Origin: Klebsormidium nitens
Lineage: Eukaryota > Plantae > Klebsormidiophyceae
Assembly (NCBI GenBank): GCA_000708835.1
Contig: DF237133.1
Span: forward strand, 62,001 to 126,000
DNA: 64,000 nt
Direction of reading: 5' to 3'
The notes under the pieces are model-generated. The model ran no database searches. It was not told the origin of the DNA and saw only the letters and a program-made list of their open reading frames with translations. Both the position numbers and the translations under genes were made by a program. Shown here one piece after another: positions 37,401 through 48,865 of this stretch. The first letter of the stretch is position 1, and every line of letters starts with the position of its first letter.

Positions 37401-37892
37401 ATATTGCCTCTTTCTTGGCCTGCCCCTTGATGAACAATTTTCACAAAAGGCACTCTACTAAAACCTCTACATGATTCTGAGAATTCATAACAGTAGCTGT
37501 TCATGCTTCGTGTGATTCCAGACACAGGTGGCATCAGACAAAGGTGTTCGCAACTTCTTTGACTCATCTTGAAAAACTTATAAGCTAAGACCTCGTTAGA
37601 CACGGGAATTTGGCGGGACACGGAAACGAAATATGATCAAGAGGGTCCTTCAGGCCCCACAGTCCACTGATCTTTGTCAAAGCAAGAGCTGGTCCTTGAG
37701 CCCACCTGAAGTCGCCGTCTGGGGGGGGTTGAAGGTCAGGCCAAACCCCGTTGCACCACCCCCCTCCCGGGGTGTCACGAACGAGTCCGGGAACGAGATG
37801 CTCAGCGTGGTTGGCCCCTGGGCTGACACGTGGCACAGGCTCAGCAGGCAGAAGAGAACCACAACCTGCAAGAAGACGCTGCGAGCAGCCAT
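34437..37892 (-). CDS. Uncharacterised secreted beta-strand-rich glycoprotein, paralog A, 235 aa
   Basis: Six exons: 37892-37706, 36948-36896, 36496-36379, 35885-35707, 35122-35070, 34554-34437 (708 nt). Exons 2-6 have the same lengths as in paralog B (53/118/179/53/118). Signal peptide MAARSVFLQVVVLFCLLSLCHVSA. About 64% identity to paralog B over the mature region by hand alignment (136/211). Confidence 0.9.
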
Positions 37893-38558
37893 TGTTGGTG
37901 GGCTTTCAGGAGATGAATAGCTGAGCCTTTGAATTGTGCGCTCTCGTATATTCCCTCTTTTCTCAGATTGCTTCCTTTGAGGGCAGAAATATTTGCACTC
38001 GTGGATTGCAGGTAAACGGAGCCGGAGAGAGGAGATTTCTGGAGAGCCTGTCAACCAGCTTCTCGAAGGGGCTCCTCGATTGCTTCTTTTACTAAGTTTG
38101 ACGCTATGGTGAGATAGTCCAAGCCTTGCAGACTTCAGATTATGACCAACTGATCATCAGTTCTGTCGGCCAGAATACCTCCACTGGTCATGACAGAGCT
38201 ACTACAGTAGCTAGCTCTGGAGGTCGATGATGCAGCGCAGTCGATGTTCATGCACAAGTTTGTCAGACGGTCCCCCACACTGGTTTGCTCGCTATGTCAG
38301 AGGGCTTCCTTGACTCTGTGCGGCGAAGGAGCGTCTATCGTCCAACTTGCATGGGCCCAGTCAAGTTGCCAGCTGGCAGCCTGCAGCCACTGCTTATGTC
38401 TGAAAACAGGCTCCTCATCACGAAGGGCTCTACATTAATATGCTAGTACCGTACGGAACCAATACGTCAATCTGACGAGTCAGAGGCTATTGAGATCCAG
38501 CAATCGGCTGGTCAAGATCGAATCATTAGCTTGATCAGTGGAACAGCTGGTTGCTTAC

Positions 38559-39249
38559 AAAAGAAGTAACAGCAGAAGCCAAGAAGCCCTTGCCTTTGGG
38601 GCACTGCAGCACCGATCCACCGAGTCTGGCTACCAGCTGCGAGCGTGCTGCGAGCACGTGCATGCTCAGCTGCTCAGCGTTTGTACGTCAATTTGAGCTT
38701 ACGTAGACTACGTCTTCCAAATAGTGTGCCGGGCCTGAAGTCAGCTTGTGAAGCTCGTGTCGAAATTGGCGCATCACCGCTGCTTCGTGAGCTGCTTGTG
38801 GGCTGATTAGGGAGCGGCACGCAGGAGAGAGCGGCTGACGCATTGTGGCAAGCAGTGAGTCGACCGGACGCAAGAGCCTTACACAATATTAAACGATAAG
38901 GCTGTGCTTCTGCCGCCTTTTCAGCGCAGAAGGGGCGTCTTTCTCCTATCAGCGGACGGAGCTGGTCACGCGGGCGCGGCTTGCGAACATTGGCGGCCGC
39001 GCTGAACCAGTACGGCGCAGGGTTTGGGTCCGTAACTAATCCTCGGGGGTTTTGAGCGGTTTGCCACATGCCAAATATTGCACACGACACGGACCGTTGA
39101 TGCCGCCCGAAGTTGCTCGCAATATATTCATCGCAGCCGTTGAAAAACCTGTTGTCTGGAGTGCCGTCCCGGCGTACCGTCTCCTTTTTTCTTTCACACC
39201 GAACCTTCTTGTGTCTGTTGGAGAAATATCTGAGATTGACCAGTGTCAT
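38559..39249 (-). pseudogene. Possible decayed spliced gene remnant of unknown family
   Basis: Open frame ...HELHKLTSGPAHYLEDVVY|gtaagc (38703), a 66-nt intron, then exon 38636-38559 (LVARLGGSVLQCPKGKGFLASAVTSF|gtaagc) in matching phase. Upstream protein-like text lies in different frames. No intact model. Confidence 0.25.
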
Positions 39250-39555
39250 TGACGTCGTATGGACGCTCTTCAGTCGTTATGCTTCTTGCACCGACGATGA
39301 TGAAGCGTTCCAATCGAACGGTTCACACATTCCCGCACCTAACTGCAGGACACCTGAGGTCCTGAGTCAGCTGTGGCTGCTTCGTAGCCAGCACAGTTCG
39401 TGCTCAGTCAGCTAGACAGAGTGCTGAAAAGGCTGACGCATTCACTTTCTCAGCAGCGCCCCCATTCTCTCGTTGAGAGGAGCAGTCTTTCTCATTCTAT
39501 CCCTTCATTCTACGGAACACCCCTCATTTCTTCAGCGCACTGACCTGTCAACAAA

Positions 39556-42500
39556 ATGGCCAGTGTTCGGGTCCTGCTTCTTCTGCTGGCAGCCGCCTCT
39601 GCCGTGCAGCTGTCAATCGGTGCAGCGGCTGAAGCGGCAGCTGTACCAACTCTGGGACTTGACAATGGACTGGGCGGAAGGCCTCCAATGGGGTAAGATC
39701 AAAGTTGGGAGGGTTTATGTTGCCAGCAGCCTGCTTGCCGGTCTGTGCCATTGACTTTGACCATATCTTGCTTCTGTTTTCTCAACGATTGTGTCAGCCA
39801 TTGTGTTCTGAAAACTTCCTTGAGGTTTACCGTCGCTTCAACTTCTTCCTCATTTGATTGGTGCCTTAGAAGTATCCTTTCATGGACAACTTGAGCTCAA
39901 TGTTTTTGACAAGATTGAGCATGATTTGATTATTATGGTTAAAAGATTGAAGGTTTTGTCTATCATGTTACGCACTTCATTTTCTAGCAAGGAAGTCTTT
40001 CATATTGCTATGTGTGGAGTTGCTTTCCATCATTGCAATTATGAGGGCAGGGACTGCCCTGGATGCAATTGTTTCTTATGATTCAACTACGTTGATGATG
40101 GGCTCTTGTTTTCATGTATCTATGAACGTCCTCTGTGTTCATAGATATGAACAATCAAATTGTCATATGAAGGCTCAAAGGGGGTGGTTACGAGGGTGGT
40201 TACAAGTTACACCAGATTTTCCTCGTTACATTCTACAAGGGAAGCCTTCTTGCTGTCTCTTTCTCCAATTGGTTCCAAAGGGAGCAATTTCCCAAAGGGA
40301 GAGTCTCATGGTCGTCTCCTTCATCCATTGGTCTTCCAGCAATTCAGCTACTGAAACCAATGTGTCCCAATACTGTCATCTTTTGGGTCAACTTGCACTC
40401 ATTGGAACCTTTCTTTGCAGGTGGAACAGCTGGAACCACTTTGCTTGCAACATCAGCGAAGACCTCATCCGCGACACGAGTAAGTGACCTGGACACTCAA
40501 TCAAGTACAGTAAACTTGGAGGCGCCGTTGGTCATTGATATCTCGCTGTCAATCCTCACGATTTTGATTTCCCCTGTCCATATCGTATTTCCAGTGTTTG
40601 TGTTCCAGTCTCGCAGCCTCTCACTTCCTGTGTTCTGCATCCTTTCTCGAAACCCACAATCTCACCAATAGTCCTTTCTTAACATCCTCGGTCGAATTCT
40701 TTTGCAGTTGATTCCCTGGTGGAGACGGGGCTGGCGGAAATTGGCTACAATTACGTCAACATAGGTAAGGCAGTTCCTCACAGACAAGCTTCTGATGTAC
40801 AGCTCAATCGCCAGGAGATGAGCTTGGAAGTTGAGCAAAGCTTTGCGGAGAAGCTTTGAGCTCCAGAAACTTATCGCCACCACAGCAACTTTCAGGCAAA
40901 GCTTATACAAGCAGGTGCCAGAGTGCCTCATTTTCCGGTTGCCAACGTTTGCTGACTTGAAAAGTCTGTCTGTCCTGCAGATGATTGCTGGCAGGCCAAG
41001 GCAAGAGACAGCAAGGTCAGTCCTCCTTGCTCTTTCACATACTATACCTGGACATTTTTCTGACCTCAGAACAGTTCCCGATTTCCCGAACGCATTTACG
41101 TTGCTTCAAGGGATTTGTGCTACCTCAACCCTCCTTGTCATTGTTGCTTGGTCTGGCAAAGCATAGGTAATCGCATCACTTACTTCGAGGGTGACAGAAA
41201 AGGGGGGTGTCAGGACTGGCTGCTGTCAGATCTCCTTTTTCATAAGTGCAGCATCTCAGTCTGCTCGAATTCAAATAGTGATAAGCTGGCGGTCCTTCTT
41301 TTCACAAAAGATTATTTCAAGGGTTCCCAATGTGAGCCAAGACAGCCCATCAGAACACCCGTTGTACTTGGCTGCTCAGAACAATATGGACTCTTTCCTT
41401 GACCAGTCCTGAACTTCCATTGCGCTATGGTGAACAACCCAAGTCGACAATCCGTACTTACAGGGCAACGTTTGACCCATTGCACTGCCTCTGTTTGATC
41501 ACTCGACACGAATTGCCACACTGTCTTCAGAGTCCGACCTCTGGCAATGTTGGGGATCGCCTTCAAAAAAGGTTCCCTCGTGTTAGCCAAACTACTTCTC
41601 GAGACTTCCTAATATAACACCCTGGTCTCAATTGGCTCTGCTTTCTCGTCCCACAGGGCAACCTGGTTGCGGACCCGGAGACGTTCCCTAGCGGCATCAA
41701 GGCCCTTTCCGACTACGCCCACTCCAAGGGGCTCAAGCTGGGAGTCTACTCCGATGCTGGGTGAGAACCGCGGTCCAAATCGCCCATTATCGAAATCAAT
41801 TCTCTTTGTGGAGCTTTGCTCGACCTGTTGTCAAGCGTTTTTGAAGTGTCCGTGGAGTGCATACCAACTGTTCGGTTTACTGTTTCTTTTGTAAGTGCAG
41901 AAGAAGAGCTCCAGGTTATGATCGGATCGATTTCCGAAAGAAGCTTTTGAATTTTGTGATTCTGAAATTGCATCAAACAGGATTGAACATTGTTAGAAAC
42001 CGTCTCCAAAAGGCCTGTTCGGTCTTTATTTCCAACAGTTTCAGTGAAAGCCTGTGGGTTTGGTCCTTACGGACAATCGCAGTATAACATGAATTAGCAG
42101 AGAGCGCTATGTTTTCTGCCATCCCAGCACTTGGCTCAACGACGAAAGCTTGCCTATTTATGAAGGAAAGCACGCCTGGCTCTTGTTCTCAGGTACTACA
42201 CGTGCCAGAGGCGGCCTGGGTCGCTTGGTTTTGAGATGCAGGACGCTGTTAAGTTCGCTGAGTGGGTAAGCCATTGCGCACTTTCGTAGACTTTTAAGGA
42301 CTTCGGATGGTCTCGAGTGGACGTAGAAGGGTTAGGCGAATCCAGAAGTGACCAATTCCGTTGGGGCTGCCCTGGAAGACGGTCTCGGTCCTCCTGGGAA
42401 GCGTTTTCCTTTATAGGCTTTCGTTATAATGTCACGCAGTTGTCTCGACGAACGTCATCTGCTTGACAATGCGCGGCCGCTTGACTTGGCGCAGGCGTAG

Positions 42501-45500
42501 CCGTGCGAAACGTTGTTGTTCCATCCTCAAAATTTCGCAATTCTTTCCTGCATGGCGCTGGCGAATATTTGTTTCTGCTTGTTGTTTTGAATTTCCTTTT
42601 GAACACTAGAAGGGGTGAGCAAGGTGGGGATAATTAAAAGCTCGCAATCGCCACGTACATATCACAGACTCCCGTAAGATGCCGTACAACGCCTGACGTT
42701 GACTCCCGCTCCGTTCTGCCTTGTTCAGGAAGTCGACTACCTCAAGTATGACAACTGCTTCAACGACCTGTCGAAGCCCGAGCTCAGGTACAGCCCACAT
42801 TTTCCAACCTCAAGGCTGCTCGTCGAAATGTCTAAGAGCCCTTTGTCTAGTAAAAGCGGGCAGCATTGTTACTAAATACGATTGCATCACCAACGAGCAT
42901 GACGTTACATTGAGCTAGTTGTGACGTGATTACTGTTTTCTTGCAGGTATCCAGTGATGCGGGATGCGCTCCTCAGCGTGGACAGGGCCATCTTCTTCTC
43001 CATGTGCGAGTGGTAAGATTCACTTGACCAATTTCTTCTTGACTTTCTGGCGCAAAGTTGACCTTTCACACTTGCAAAAACGTGCCTCGGTGCCCTGTTC
43101 AATGCAATTTGATCGCTTTTCCCTACCGATCGTCTGGTTCGGACTGTGCCTGGAGGGATCGAGAGCAACACAAGTGTAAGCGTTCCTGTTTGTCACATCT
43201 CGACAGATGCAGAGTGCGCGGACTTGGAGGTTGTGACAACTGGTAATGTGGTCTGTTGTGTCGCTTTGGAATATTTCCAATACTGAATTGCTTTCGACCT
43301 TGCGCAGGGGGGTCGACCAGCCTGCCACGTGGGCCTCCAAGGTGGGCAACAGCTGGCGGACGACGGGAGACATCCGGGACTCGTGGTACAGGTATGTGGC
43401 CGACAATGGTTGTCGAGTCTGGGTTGGTTAATGTTGTTTGAGGTCACATTCCTTTGCTTGCTAGCGCCATCGGGCCACTCTTTCTGAGGGAAGTCATTGT
43501 GTCTGCGCTTGTCTCCAGTCGACGAAGATCCGCAACGGCATCGTTCGCCATCAAGCTTGCAGGTTGCATTGGACTTCTGGAAAGCGTACCAAACCACTAG
43601 TATCTGCACGTAAGCAAGTGCTTTTCCGTGTGTGGTAACCGGTTCAACTGTCCATCTCTTCATGACTTGATACTCTCTGCCGGTGCAGCATGGTCGCCAT
43701 CACGGACCAGAACGAGCCCTGGTGGCCCTATGCCGGCCCCGGCGGCTGGAACGGTGAGCGCCATCTGCTAAGCATGCCTCGTCACCTTTCTTTGTCGCCT
43801 TGAGCCTGATTGAAGCGGCCGCTGTTCTGAGAGTTGGAGTGATTGGGCGGCTGAAGATCTGCCATGCACCTTTTGACAAGCCTAGCCGTGCGTATTTGTT
43901 AAGTCAGAGAGGAAGCTTCGCAGTCTGGACGAGAATTTGTAGAGAAGCTAGGATTTGACCAGCTGGTTGCAATTGATTGAATACTTCTCGCTCTTTCACA
44001 AGATCCAAACAAACGGATTGGCTTCTTTTTGCCGGCTACTTATGAGATCAGTAAAAATTCGACTTCTCTTGCTTACGAATCCGATTGAACAAGTCACTGG
44101 GTTCCAGCTTGCGACCAGCAAGCTTTTGTCTGCCCAGTTTTGTGTCTCTTTTAGCAAGCCTGACCCCCTTGGTGGCTTGTTCCTTTCTACCCCTCCCTTA
44201 AGTGCTGTTTGAGTCTATTGTCCACGATACGCTTTGGTGGTCCATTCGCTTATGGGCCTTTCGTTTGCAGACCCCGACATGCTGGAGGTGGGTAACGGGG
44301 GCATGACCACTGCCGAGTACCGCGCGCACTTCAGCCTCTGGGCGCTTATGAAGGTACGTACCGTCAAAGCCTACATCCCCTGCATACACATACTTTTGAA
44401 TCTATACCCCTGCGTACCATGAAACTCATGTTCCTGCACCCCTGGTGCCTCTTTGGAGAAACAGAAAGGAAGTATAACCAGATAATTCAACATACCGCGT
44501 TTCCGCCTCTAGGAGTCTCTGGAAAGTACGAAGTACTGGAGCTCTGAATGCGAGGACGTTTTTCTGTGCAGAGCCCGCTCCTTATTGGGTGTGACATCAC
44601 AAACATGACCGAGGACACCAAGAGCATCCTCATGAACAAGGAGGTCATCGACATCAACCAAGGTGCGTGCCCGTTTGCTTCGATGCTCCAGTCCCCTAAC
44701 GGTCCAGGCATGCATCCCGCCCTGAATCGTGAAGCTGCGTCTCACCTAGGTTCCTTTGGTTGGAAGTTCTGTCGAGGGCTAGCGCCAGAATTTTCAGGGG
44801 TTCCTGTGACTAAAAGGTCGTCCTCTGGGTGGAACAGTCAAACACGCTTCTCATCGAACAGTTCGACTTGCGCTCCTCATCCGTCCCTTCCATTTGCACA
44901 TTAACCCACTGAAGCGATGTCGTTCCATAGTGTGAGTCTGGCTCCAACCTTCGCGCCAGCAAGGCTTGCCTCGGACCTTCTCCGGGGTCAACCATATCTT
45001 GCATAACGAGCCGACACCCATCCTTCTCACTCACAAGGAACACGACCCAGCAGCCAAGAACCGCCCCATCTTCTGTGCTTCCGTTTCGCCGAATTCCGCT
45101 GACTCGTTCCGCTCCCCCTCCCCCCGCCGCAGACTCGCTGGGCGTGCAGGGCCACCGCGTGCTCAAGTCCGGCTCGGGGGGGCTCCTCGAAGTGTGGGCG
45201 GGCCCCCTGTCGGGAAACCGGACGGTGGTGGCGCTCTGGAACCGGGGCGTGTGGGGGGCCACCATTTCCGCGGACCTCGAGCTGCTGGGCTTCGAAGCGG
45301 GGTCGGAGCTGACCGCACGGGACGTGTGGAAGGTGAGGGGAATTGCTTTGGAATCCTTGTCTTATTCCGCATCGATTGCAAAGGCTGAGAATCCAACTCT
45401 CGCATTGGTTGCAAAGGCTGGGACATCACCGCCGTAGCTAACAGCTAAGACGAAGCCTGGTTTCAAATGTCGTCCCTTGGTTGCCTCGGAACCGAGCACG

Positions 45501-45908
45501 GCCATACTGGCGTTCCCAGTCTCACGAAAGCTGCAATGACTCTTCAGCTCGCCTTAGAAGCGTCCGACTTCACGCCCTCAGGAGCCTGTTCGAAGCCGAG
45601 TCTTTGATTCAGGCCCCGCGTCGCCCAAATCCTGATGGGCGCGTGCACTCTGGGCTTCTGGACTTGTGTTAACCTCGTTGATAGATTCCTGGTTTTGCTC
45701 AGCCGTCGCTGTGACGTCACGTTTGCAGCACGAGGACGTCAGCAAGCCTGTCACGGGGAGCATCTCTGCTGACGTGCCCAGCCACGACGTGGCGATGTAC
45801 ATTCTCCGGGAGGCCGTTAAGGTGGATGCGAATGCGGAGAACGCTGAGAGCTTTGCACGCTTTGAGGACGTCCGGAAAGTTCGCGCGGGCAGGGCCTCGT
45901 CCGTTTGA
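39556..45908 (+). CDS. AGAL: Alpha-galactosidase, glycoside hydrolase family 27, secreted, 430 aa
   Basis: 14 exons: 39556-39692, 40421-40479, 40708-40764, 40981-41015, 41657-41760, 42193-42265, 42729-42787, 42947-43012, 43308-43391, 43689-43753, 44271-44353, 44572-44662, 45133-45332, 45729-45908 (1293 nt). Signal peptide; [40 protein letters not shown] (nucleophile Asp), SWRTTGDI (acid/base Asp), [17 protein letters not shown]. Confidence 0.97.
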
Positions 45909-47218
45909 TTCGGATTCATGTGCGAGGCTTTTTGGACCAGGTTTGGAGGGGGAGGGTTTGCAATTGTTTGGCATTACATTTGAGGAACCATATCAGCAGT
46001 AGATTTTCGGATTGCCTTGACGTAGGAGCTTTCAGCCAGAGCTGTTTGAGATTGTGACAGGAGCATGACCTGAATGTTGGATATGCCGTCCAATTCGGAA
46101 CAGCTCTTTGGAGGCATGAAAGGATACTGGCCTTCATGTTGGGGCATTCGGTTTATGGGATAGGCTTCCAGAACTGGTTCTGAGTTAGAAGGATGAGAAG
46201 GGTGTAGAGGTCAGGTTGAGGTTTGGAGAGGTATTGATGCTGTGTACTTTAGATCGACAAATAGTACCCAGGAGCGCCTCGGTGGGTTTCACTAGTCATA
46301 GCTTCGTCATAGCCACGCTTAGTCACGCACGCATTCACGTCAAGGGTACTTGCGAAGATTGGGGCAACACTCGGAACATTTGATCTCAGTCGAGAACGAT
46401 GCGTACAACGTAGTGAACAAACAGGTGAATTGGAACATGCAGAAACCGAACAAGAACGACAACATGCGTCATTGTAGCTTTGATTGAGGAGCCCGTCCAA
46501 TTTCCTTTCTAGTTTTGTATATGGTTCTTTCCGGAACAGCACTGGAAAGATACAAAAGCGAAATGATACTTGAGTCCATCCCACCGATTGGTACGATCGA
46601 ATAAATCCGAATTAAAGCCTTAATTCCCTTCTTTGAAAGCTCCGCATGGGATCCTCGACGGTCCTGTGTTTAAGGCCATCAATATCAGCTGGTACAATCA
46701 TGCACGTGTACTCATGACGTACAAGTTGCATGAGTTGCCCCGCATGACTTGGGCAAATCTTAGACATGCCATGATGCAGAATGAATTAACATGCGTATAC
46801 AGGTTCTTAGATTGCTAGCTTGTTACTTACACTGAACAACGTCGTAAACATTAAGCTTGCCACATAGATTCTGGCCGGCGTTCCATATGTCATGCGAATT
46901 TCGAAAACATCATGCAGCTGGCATCCAATTGATAATTATGTTTTGATCAGAACATGCAATCCGAGCTTATATACGGCACATGTGCGTAGATTTCCACGTC
47001 AACATTTCCGGGGCCAGTTTGATGATGACTACAATTGCAATATTCATCTGTTGAAGAAAGCTCAAGCTCCTGAATCATGTGTTGTTGAATTGACTATGAA
47101 ATGGCGAACGACGTGTTTTTAGGTCTGATATCCAGACCGAAAATGTCATCATGTTTTGTCGTCAGGGCTGTTTATCAGATTATCTTTAGTCGTCAGGACT
47201 CTCATCGTCCGATTATCT

Positions 47219-48568
47219 TCAAACTTTCTTGACCAAAACGCATTGTTTCGGCCACCGAACTACCACTTGAAGCCAAGGATGGAGTCTTTGGAATTGCAAC
47301 AAGCGCATGACACAATTATCTACGGCAATGTCCTCGTATGAAAGCTGAGCAAGGTCGATGTCAAGGTTCTCAAGCTTTGGGGCAAGCTTAGCAAGCTCCC
47401 GACATTTGGCAAAGTGCTCCTCTGTAATTGTGCGCCTAAAAACCAGCTTCAACCCCTTCAAAGTAGAAAACGACTTGGAAAGGATGGAGGTTTCTAGCGA
47501 CATCGAAATGAACTCAAGGATGTGCCCAGACATCTCCAGATTTTCAAGACGCTTGAGGTGGTGTAGGAGTGATACCAAGATCACATCTTCTTCACTTAGA
47601 TCCAAGATTAACAGGGCTCGTGCATCATTACACGCACGAAGTGTCGCAATGAGCTCCTCTTCACTTGTCCCAGCGACACCTGTCATTTTGATTTGCAAGT
47701 TGCGAAGTTTCCAGGGACCCCTCTTCACGATGCCCCAAGCACAATGCAGGACAAGGTTCACGAGGCGCGGCGCTTCAACTCTTAGCGTGGTCGTCCAAAC
47801 AGCCTCCAAGGACTCCAGTTGTGGTGTTGTCAACTCCAGTGTGTTGGCTTCATCCTCTGGCCTAAAGACCAAAGTTTTCAAACTATTGGACGTTATGGTT
47901 GGGTCCGCTAGATTGTACACTTCGTCAATAAGCAGATCTTCCAAGCAAGGGCAACCTTGGATGATGCTTGCAAGGCAAGAATCTTGCATTCCAAGTGACA
48001 TTAAGGTAAGCTTGACCAGGGACGCAAAGGAACGGATGCTTGCCAAAGGCTTGCAAAAGTCCAAGAAAATACCGTCAATCTCCAATGACCTCAGTCGACC
48101 GCACGTCGAGAGGGTTTCCAAGAGATTCTGCTCATACTCCCCACCTTGCTTGTCCTCGATAGGAGAGTCCTGAAAAACCTCAAGGTGTTCCAACTTGGGC
48201 ATCGTGCTTGAGATGGCACTTAGAAAGGTCTTGGATATCCGCGCACCATGCAGGACCAGATTCTTCACCGCCTGATCTTTCTGAAAAAAGCGAAGCACGC
48301 TGGCCTCCATTGGTCCAGATTTGTCCAGAGCAGGGACGAAAATTTCGTTCGTCCGAGGTACAATCTCGTTGAAACGTTTACAGACTGTTCTCCATTGACA
48401 AAGCTGAATCAAGTTTCCCGCACAATTGCAGTTCTTGGAGGAGCACCAACTGTGGGGGCCCTTTCCTGCCATGGTGAGTATGTGGAGCACAATATCGTCT
48501 GAAAGCCTCTCAAAAGGATTCATCTTTCTCTCCGCCCTGTTTCCAGAGCAACGCCGCCGCCTGTCCAT
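47219..48568 (-). CDS. F-box/LRR-repeat protein (plant F-box/LRR/FBD-like), 449 aa, single coding exon
   Basis: ATG at 48568 lies just after an acceptor (ttttctgcag|), implying a 5'UTR intron. F-box-like FERLSDDIVLHIL...WRTVCKRFNEIV. LRR units such as MPKLEHLEV, GRLRSLEI, SLVKLTL, CPCLEDLLI and SNSLKTL. Confidence 0.88.
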   Translation of the reverse strand: MDRRRRCSGNRAERKMNPFERLSDDIVLHILTMAGKGPHSWCSSKNCNCAGNLIQLCQWRTVCKRFNEIVPRTNEIFVPALDKSGPMEASVLRFFQKDQAVKNLVLHGARISKTFLSAISSTMPKLEHLEVFQDSPIEDKQGGEYEQNLLETLSTCGRLRSLEIDGIFLDFCKPLASIRSFASLVKLTLMSLGMQDSCLASIIQGCPCLEDLLIDEVYNLADPTITSNSLKTLVFRPEDEANTLELTTPQLESLEAVWTTTLRVEAPRLVNLVLHCAWGIVKRGPWKLRNLQIKMTGVAGTSEEELIATLRACNDARALLILDLSEEDVILVSLLHHLKRLENLEMSGHILEFISMSLETSILSKSFSTLKGLKLVFRRTITEEHFAKCRELAKLAPKLENLDIDLAQLSYEDIAVDNCVMRLLQFQRLHPWLQVVVRWPKQCVLVKKV

Positions 48569-48756
48569 TGTTGCTTCTGCAGAAAAGTGAACAAAGCATT
48601 CATAGGTATATGCATGACATTGCATGACACTGTACGTGCGCACTGGGGCAAGAGCTTAGCTAGAGGCACAAAGCAGCCGAACTTTTCTTCGGAAAAACGG
48701 ACACGGTTTCAATCACCGGGCACCTGTTGCAGCTACCGGGGAGCCGTTCAACACTA

Positions 48757-48865
48757 AAACCCTAAGAATATGCCTTAGCCGTTAGTATTAACCCTAATCG
48801 TAGTGCAGTTTGCGCGACCCTAACAAACCGTCACAGGCTTGCAACGTAACCCTAATGTCACAGGC
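48757..48865. repeat. Cluster of four telomere-like/telo-box (A)ACCCTAA cores at about 30-bp spacing upstream of the F-box CDS
   Basis: aaaccctaa at 48757, aaccctaa at 48790, accctaa at 48817, aaccctaa at 48848. gtcacaggc also occurs twice. Confidence 0.55.

Noticed and set aside
47358-48173. 271-aa plus-strand ORF
   Set aside because: Antisense shadow of the F-box/LRR CDS, with no motifs of its own.
48569-48643. N-terminal extension of the F-box ORF in the ORF track
   Set aside because: It begins at a non-ATG codon and crosses an evident acceptor (ttttctgcag). The ATG at 48568 is more credible.
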